From the NCBI GenBank assembly GCA_965202985.1, contig CBDBCF010000001.1, positions 1,760,001 to 1,824,000 of the forward strand: 64,000 nt of DNA, written 5' to 3'. The stretch's first letter is position 1, and each line of letters starts with the position of its first letter. The notes below the pieces were generated by a model. It searched no databases. It was not told the DNA's origin and saw nothing but the letters and a program-made list of their open reading frames with translations. The stretch comes from Longimicrobiales bacterium. Lineage in GTDB: Bacteria; Gemmatimonadota; Gemmatimonadetes; Longimicrobiales; Gaopeijiaceae. This document shows, one piece after another, positions 62,401-64,000 of the stretch. Both the position numbers and the translations under genes were made by a program.

Positions 62401-64000
62401 GGCGGGAGCGCTGGCGCTGAACGGCGGGACGATCGACGTGGCGGGCGGGACGATGGACGCGGCGCTGGGCCTGGGCGCCCACGCGGTGTCGAACAGCTCC
62501 GGCCACAAGGTGGCGGGCGCCACCTTGACGGCGCCGTCGGTGGCGGGCGTCGCGATCACGAGCAGTCCTCCGGGCAACGACAGCACCTACGGGCTGGGCG
62601 ACATGATCGAAGTGCAGGTGACGTACACGCGGCCGGTGGTGGTGTCGGGCACCCACCTCCTCAAGCTTGCGGTGAACATCGGGACGCAGACCCCCTACGC
62701 GGCCTACGCCTCGGGCACGGGCACGAAGACGCTGACGTTCCGCTACGCCGTGCAGGCATCGGACTCGGATTCCGACGGAATCGGCCTGCCTGCCCGCGCG
62801 CTCACGCTGTCGGGCGCGACGATCTCCGACGCGCGGGACGGAACGACGGCGACGAGCAACGGCTTGGGTACGCACGTGATCACGGCCGCCGCGGCCCACA
62901 AGGTGGACGGCCGCCAGGGCGCGGCGGGCGTGACGGCGCTGGCGATCGGCTCGCCGCCGGTGGGCGACGCCTTCGAGCGGGGCGACACGATCGTCTCGAC
63001 GTTGACGTTCAACAAGGCGGTGGACGTGACGGGGACGCCGCAGCTGGCGCTGACGATCGGCGCGCAGACGCGCCAGGCGTCCTACGCTTCCGGCACGGGC
63101 AGCGCATTGCTCGTCTTCCGCTATGTGGTGGTGCAGACGGACGCGGACGCCGATGGGATCAGCATCGGGGCGGGAGCGCTGGCGCTGAACGGCGGCACGA
63201 TCCGGGTTGCGGGCGAGACGACGGACGCGCTTCTGGGTCTGGGCAGCCGAGCGGTGTCGAACAGCGCGGGCCACAAGGTGGCGGGCGGGACGTTCACGGC
63301 GGCGGCGGTCAGCGGCGTGTCGATCACGAGCAGCCCGTCCAGCGACAGCACCTACGGCTTCGGCGAGCAGATCGAGGTGCAGGTGGCGTTCAACCGCCGG
63401 GTGAGCGTGACGGGGACGCCGCAACTGGCGCTGACGATCGGGACGCGGACGCGCCAAGCGTCCTACGCCTCCGGCACGGGCACGAAGACGCTGACGTTCC
63501 GCTACGCGGTGGGGACGGTGGACGCGGACTCCGACGGGATCGGGATCGGCGCGAGCGCCCTGGGGCTGAACGGGGGTACGATCGCCGACGCCCGGGACGG
63601 GAGCACGGCGGCCGGCCTGGGCCTGGGCACGAACGCGATCGTTGCCGACGCGGCTCACAAGGTGGACAGCGCACGGGGTCCGCCGGGCGTGGCCGGCGTG
63701 GCCGTTGCGTCGCCGGTGGTGGGCGACACCTTCGAGCGGGGCGACACCATTTGGGTGACGGTGACGTTCAACCGGGCGGTGGACGTGACGGGAACGCCGC
63801 GGATCTTCCTGACGATCGGGACGCAGACCCCCACCGCGTCCTACGCCTCGGGCACGGGCACGACGGCGTTGCGGTTCCGCTACGTGGTGGCGGCGGGCGA
63901 TGCGGACGCCGACGGGCTCAGCATCGCGGCCAGCGCGCTTCACCTGGCCGGCGGCACGATCGACATCGCGGGCGGCACGACGGACGCGCTGCTGGGCCTG
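44450..64000 (+). CDS. Giant repetitive secreted/surface protein (>6500 aa; FN3 plus Ig-like DxDxDG repeats), runs off the window
   Basis: GTG 44450 gives signal MSRRGRFSAIVALAASASALAGPVAA-Q; the same frame holds at spot checks (44522, 48362, 59402, 63962); no stop-terminated ORF in this frame in the track. Confidence 0.9.
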   Translation, partial: MSRRGRFSAIVALAASASALAGPVAAQAPAAPTGFWAHQATTSSIDLGWDNPGNAAITRYQYRYAFYRSNLPNQWTDVANSDSSTTSATVGGLSSPRRYQFEIRACAGAACGGASRTRVSTANVPISGVSITSSPTGDTYAAGETIVVAVTWTNSVRYARGAHPYLDITIGGASRRASWNYTVRNQPTHTFRYTAQTADVDSDGISIGPNALSDLDLFWAWGGHPTMTIGKHRIVDAAGHKVNGALAAPAAPAGLAATAAPGQATLTWTDPGNSTIGSYEVRHALDTASYPSSWTTIAGSDATTTRHVVRPLTNDSKYKFQLRARNGAGAGSTSEAKATPTTLPLVSAVRFVGTPLAGDTYGAGEVVQLEVQFSAPIALTGAPRLALAVGSAVRHAAYESVGANSIRFRYVVQAGDSDLDGIGVAANALALNGGTIKEVGGTRNAGLGLGAAAFSANASHKVNGASATAPSVSGVRITSAPSLSAQVYGGGELIEVEVEFAAAVPIRVVGSPRLQIAFGGGPAFATLRRTSGRSLHFGYVVTSGDLDPDGISIRTTALQLNGGTIRSTAGAAANLDLGSHAISNASGHRVIGTTTTTPTVSSVAVVGAPASGDTYGAGEAVRVEVGFTVPVTVTGSPTVSLRVGSLAKTAAYQSGSGGKKLTFRYVVRSADRDADGVSVFAMALNSGTIRSAAGANATLALGAHAVTNASGHKVNGSTATVPAVRAASIASAPASGDTYGAGDTISVQIGFTTPVSVTGTPRVALGIGERTQYAEYASGSGTSTLTFSYVARATDRDRDGISVGSGALTLNGGSIVSESAQNATLALGTHALRAASGHKVDGSRTMPAVTNVLVTSRPDSGDTYAAAETISVQVSFGFAVTVTGTPRLALTIGSATRHAAYASGNGTSALTFSYETSATDLDADGISVGANALALNGGSIRSGTGAAATLGLGSHAFSNVPAHKVNGTRTVPAVASVAIASSPASDSTYGAGETISVQVAFNLAVTVTGAPRLALTVGSATRYAAYASGSGAKTLTFSYETVAGDRDNDGISIAAGALGLNGGTIRSTGGATAALALGTHAISNSAAHKVNGSTTAPTVASVTISSTPRGGTYALGTTISVQVGFSIAVTVTGTPRLALTIGSATRQASYASGSGTKTLTFSYTVVAADRDGNGISVGATALGLNGGTIRSATATNATLGLGAHAVSDASDHAVDGSTVAAAPSGLTATPTSSTQIRLDWRDPANSRITKYQFRYRQTPNGRFNSWADVPSSNARTTSHTVGVTETRHRYAIELRAAVGTVAGSAASATASVFNAYISRIEITSRPGTGNSYSTGETITARFHVAGGWDIDVTGDWGPSLSWQIGSTTRTPTGRNNGLRVYQAQSEAYFDYSYTVAAGDHDPDGISIGPNALDYGFWNPRWRQFQHGIEVYQPSRSLISPTIGNNQIFNAPAHKVNASATVGGSVPAAPTGLTATPGNAQATLNWTDPQDSTIVGYQVRHGPAAGSYSGWTDISGSSATTTSYTAGSLTNGAAYKFQVRAANANGTGSESSEVRATPVAVTVVSGVRFANGPRTGDTYGAGEVVRVEVDFSDSVAVTGEPLLELTIGDSVKQAFGVRLPSRPNTIHFRYTVETADVDADGIGIAAGALKLNGGTIIGVNSRAALLGLGAYAYAANASHKVDGSTGTVPNVDLVRITSTPVSGDVYGSGEQIEAEVRFGALVPIRVVGAPRLALAIGDSTRQATLTRTAGQSLHFRYAVRSSDSDADGIGIAAGALTLNGGTIRNTVGTNASLNLGSHAITAAATHKVTGSSATAPAVTGAAVTSTPVSADTYGAGEKIGASVTFRLPITVTGSPQLGLTIGTQTRQATYLRTAGRTLHFEYAVQAADRDANGIGIGASALTLNGGTIRSVAGAAATLGLGSHALSDASGHKVNGAVAPNPFVSAVRIASRPLASADSYGGGERIEADVEFAAAIAIRVSGSPQLAIGIGSQTRQATLLETTGQVLRFGYVVQRADLDANGISILADALALNGGTIRSAAGAGAVLGLSAHAITDAVGHKVLGSNNATPAATSVEISSAPDDGDTYGATETISVAVGFNVPVTVTGTPQLAVTIGSGAGQASYSSGSQTKTLTFDYVVGATDVDADGIGVGGSALTLNGGTIRSATAANATLSLAGHAIANAAGHKVNGTTTAPAVSSVGAASQPAIGGSYGAGETISVQVGFDLAVTVTGTPQLALSLDADTVQAAYAGGSGTKTLTFGYTVRATDRDADGFTVERGALTLNGGTIQSAGGADAALRLNVELLSDQIDGSVTPPEVASARFDTSPASGDTYGAGELIAVRIGFQIPVTVTGSPQLALGIGVATVQASYAGGSGSKLLAFSYVVQSADVDADGVSVGSTALALNGGTIRSAAGTNARLELGRTHQITNSSGHKVDGSMATPPSVTGARVVSRPASGDTYGGGERIEVAIEFSIPVVVTGAPELALTIGDSTRQAAYLSGSRTETVTFGYVVRATDVDADGFAVADSALSLAGGTLQSSFGAAATLSLGSHALAGVAAGKVSGATATVPAVASAAIFSDAGSDSTYGAGDGIAVRIVFQIPVTVTGSPQLALGIGTGTAQASYAGGSGTKTLTFRYTVRATDVDSAGISVGAGALSLNGGTIRSGTGTNATLGLGANAVANAAAHKVDGTTTVPAVLAVVIASDAGADSTYTAGDTISVQVVFQIPVTVTGSPQLALGIGTGTAQATYAGGSGTKTLTFDYVVQAADVDSAGISVGASALALNGGTIRSGSGTNAALGLGAHAIANAAAHKVNGPGSPPRVTGVVVGSPVVGDTFERGEAISATLTFDKAVDVTGTPQLALTIGSTTRQAGYTSGTGTTSLVFRYVVVAADADADGISIAAAALALNGGTIDAAGGTTDAVLGLGSHALSNSSGHKVAGGMFTAAAASGVTITSSPAGDSTYVLGEQIQVEVTFARPVAVTGTPQLALTIGAATRQADYASGTGTKTLAFAYAVAAADTDADGISIGASALGLNGGAIADARDGATAASLGLGANAIANSAAHKVNGARGPPGVTGLAVASPVVGDTFERGDTIAATVTFNKVVDVTGTPQLALTIGTATRQAGYASGTGTASLVFRYVVASGDADADGLSIGAGALALNGGTIDVAGGTTDALLGLGAHVLSNSSGHKVAGGTFTAAAVTGVAIASSPASDSTYGLNERIEVKVAFSRRVSVTGTPQLALTIGAATRQADYASGTGTDTLSFAYVVGAADADSDGLGVGASALTLNGGAIADARDGTTAAGLGLGANAIAAAAAHKVDGTRGPPTVTGVAVGLPVVGDTFERGDTIAATVTFNKAVDVTGTPQLALTIGAATKQASYASGTGTASLVFRYVVASGDADADGLSIGASALALNGGTIDEAGETTDAALGLGSHAVSNSSGHKVAGATFTAAAVTGVSITSSPASDSTYGLNERIEVKVAFGRRVSVTGTPQLALTIGAATRQADYASGTGTDTLSFAYVVGAADADSDGIGVGASALTLNGGAIADARDGATAAGLGLGANAIAAAAAHKVDGTRGPPTVTGVAVGSPEVGDTFERGEAISATLTFNKAVDVTGTPQLALTIGAATRQADYASGTGTASLVFRYVVASGDADADGLSIGARALALNGGTIDVAGGTTDAVLGLGSHALSNSSGHKVAGGTFTAAAASGVAITSSPAGDSTYVLGEQIEVEVTFARPVAVTGTPQLALTIGAATRQADYASGTGTKTLAFAYAVAVADIDTVGLSIGASALGLNGGAIADARDSTTAASLGLGANAISNSAAHKVNGARGPPGVTGLAVGSPVVGDTFERGDTVAATVTFNKAVDVTGTPQLALTIGSATRQAGYASGTGTESLVFRYVVASGDADSDGLSIEAGALALNGGTIDVAGGTTDALLGLGAHVLSNSSGHKVAGGTFTAAAVTGVAIASSPASDSTYGLNERIEVKVAFSRRVSVTGTPQLALTIGAATRQAEYASGTGTDTLSFAYTVGAADADSDGLGIGASALTLNGGAIADARDGAAAAGLGLGANAITAAAAHKVDGTRGPPTVTGVAVGSPVVGDTFERGDTIAATVTFNKAVDVTGTPQLALTIGAATRQADYASGTGTASLVFRYVVASGDADADGLSIGASALGLNGGTIDEAGGTTDAALGLGSHAVSNSSGHKVAGATFTAAAVTGVSIASSPASDSTYGAGDRIEVEVTFARSVAVTGTPQLALTIGAATRQADYASGTGTSTLAFRYAVAAADSDSDGISIGAGALTLNGGGIADARDGATAAGLGLGANAVSNSAAHKVNGSLATPAAPSGLTATPSASGAVQLRWTDPSDTTITKYQVRHRNQSGSGSFTAWADVPSSSASTTRHTVSSLTDQVDYRFELRAVAGSRAGRASFALARPSDIWVTGVRITSSPTSDNTYGPGQTIEVTVSFSAFRPRVTGSPVLKIGVGTATRDAAYSGTGLTSARFQYTVTAADADSDGITIGPNALDFTNGWVNTRFSIASPTIGRYAIANSASHKVDGLLGTPAAPTGFSASPGNAQVTLNWTDPSDTTLTGYQFRQAIATEPFSRWTDISGSDASTTSHIVPSLSNGTEYKFQVRAQNSVGAGHASEEAKATPTSAPVVAAVRFMGAPVSGDTYGAGEVVRVDVEFSAVLTVTGTPRLALTVGANARQAAMERVQERSIRFAYTVRSVDVDADGIGVAAAALTLNGGTISGPGGASAQLSLGARAFTANAAHKVNGATATAPFVDFVQITSSPSSGDTYGGGERIDVHVRFGAAVPITVAGSPRLALTVGAQTRQATLSGASGQSLHFGYVVQAADADADGISIGASALTLNGATIRSGTGAAAGLGLGTHAVADASGHKVSGSTATAPAVSAVSIRSAPASGDTYGAGEKITARVTFQLPIVATGVPRLALTVGAQTRQAEFARLSGQSLYFDYTVLSSDADADGISIAANALSLNGGTILSTIGTAAALGLGAHAVTNASGHKVSGSTATTPEATSVSVTSAPVSGDTYGAGERIEVKVGFNLEVRATGSPQLALGVGAATRQAALLGRDGAGLTFGYVVQSADVDADGISVGASALGLNGGSIASTAGAAAALGLSGHTVANASAHKVNGASATTPAVVSAAVTSAPASGDTYYAGEAIAVAVGFDVPVAVTGAPQLALTIGSQTRQAAYASGTNTKTLTFRYTVVLADSDSNGIAVGASALGLNGGAIRSGVGTAAGLGLGAHAIADATGHKVDGTSTSPTVNAASISSTPASGDSYGAGETIAVEIGFNFPVTVTGTPRVALTIGSATRHADYVSGSGNTSLRFEYVVDATDADANGISLGASALALNGGTMRSSLGTDAALGLGAHAIADASAHKVNGAATVPAVTGATIVSDAGNDSTYAAGDEVSIEVAFQIPVTVTGTPQLALTIGAGAGQAAYASGSETKTLTFSYTVRATDVDANGIAVAANALTLNGGALQSGAGTNAALSLGTNAIADAAAHKVDGTSTVPVVTGASVASSPAGGDTYGAGETISVRIGFSIPVTVTGAPQLAVAVGSATRQVAYASGSGTTALVFDYVTLATDRDNDGISVGAGALTLNGGTIQSGSGTNATLTLGGHAIANAGGHKVNGASTAPLVSSMSISSAPASGDTYGGGEKITVSVVFQIPVTVTGTPQLALTVGSATRQANYASGNGTAALAFDYVVQTADSDSNGIGVGPTALTLNGGTIRSAAGTNANLSLFLNAFSNSQDHKVDGSSATTPTVRAVTIRSDAGTDSTYFAHDAIVVEVGFSVPVTATGAPQLALTIGAQTRQAAYAAGSGTTALTFRYVVTAADSDSDGIDVGASALALNGGTIRSSVGADATLGLGANAIAAAAAHKVDGSQGPPGVAGVAVGSPVVGDAFERLDTISVTVTFDQAVDVTGTPQLALTIGAATKQAAYASGTGTTALVFRYVVASGDMDADGLSIGAGALALNGGTIDVAGGTMDAALGLGAHAVSNSSGHKVAGATLTAPSVAGVAITSSPPGNDSTYGLGDMIEVQVTYTRPVVVSGTHLLKLAVNIGTQTPYAAYASGTGTKTLTFRYAVQASDSDSDGIGLPARALTLSGATISDARDGTTATSNGLGTHVITAAAAHKVDGRQGAAGVTALAIGSPPVGDAFERGDTIVSTLTFNKAVDVTGTPQLALTIGAQTRQASYASGTGSALLVFRYVVVQTDADADGISIGAGALALNGGTIRVAGETTDALLGLGSRAVSNSAGHKVAGGTFTAAAVSGVSITSSPSSDSTYGFGEQIEVQVAFNRRVSVTGTPQLALTIGTRTRQASYASGTGTKTLTFRYAVGTVDADSDGIGIGASALGLNGGTIADARDGSTAAGLGLGTNAIVADAAHKVDSARGPPGVAGVAVASPVVGDTFERGDTIWVTVTFNRAVDVTGTPRIFLTIGTQTPTASYASGTGTTALRFRYVVAAGDADADGLSIAASALHLAGGTIDIAGGTTDALLGL
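45480..64000 (+). repeat. Tandem ~375-bp (~125-aa) coding repeats; about 47 units including three divergent ones
   Basis: Recurring GDTYGAGE.I.V.V.F..PV.VTGTPQLALTIG..A.Y.SG.GT..L.F.Y.V..D.DADGIS.GA.AL.LNGGTI..HKV.G; counted by eye. Confidence 0.92.
52890..57444 (+). repeat. Higher-order repeat: six 759-bp A/B dimers forming two 2277-bp hexamers
   Basis: GDTFERG units at 52940, 53699, 54458, 55217, 55976, 56735; diagnostic variants recur at 2277 bp. Confidence 0.85.

Noticed and set aside
45480..64000. CRISPR array or non-coding repeat interpretation
   Set aside because: Repeats are ~375 bp, in frame and codon-degenerate, with no unique spacers or cas genes
1..64000. tRNA/rRNA genes, prophage or integrase
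   Set aside because: None recognised by eye; tRNAscan-SE/Infernal would be needed to exclude small RNAs

Overview
High-GC bacterial window. The gene content (SusC/SusD pair, M1/M14/M20 peptidases, accA-PSP1 pair, Zn-ribbon membrane paralogues, FN3-rich giant protein) suggests Gemmatimonadota, possibly a host-associated symbiont; this is inference only. 1-12.6 kb is a rearranged accessory region: tandem lipoproteins, a zincin gene present as one full copy plus a split copy, and a decayed IS1380 composite transposon carrying an arylsulfotransferase-like gene, inserted between the RBS and start codon of a PQQ dehydrogenase. 12.7-44 kb is mostly housekeeping and catabolic genes with decayed accessory modules: a frameshifted PtuA-like ATPase, an ImmA/IrrE + DUF4411 pair hit by an intact IS with a CTAG duplication, and an Rpn pseudogene. 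It also holds a cytochrome c/beta-barrel fusion next to a pentaheme cytochrome. From 44450 to beyond the window end runs one secreted-protein ORF of more than 6500 aa that is absent from the supplied ORF track. It is built from about 47 ~125-aa DxDxDG repeats and 6 FN3 domains in three nested modules, each opening with an FN3-[divergent aromatic-rich domain]-FN3 head, and is preceded by a G12 tract that could be a phase-variation switch.
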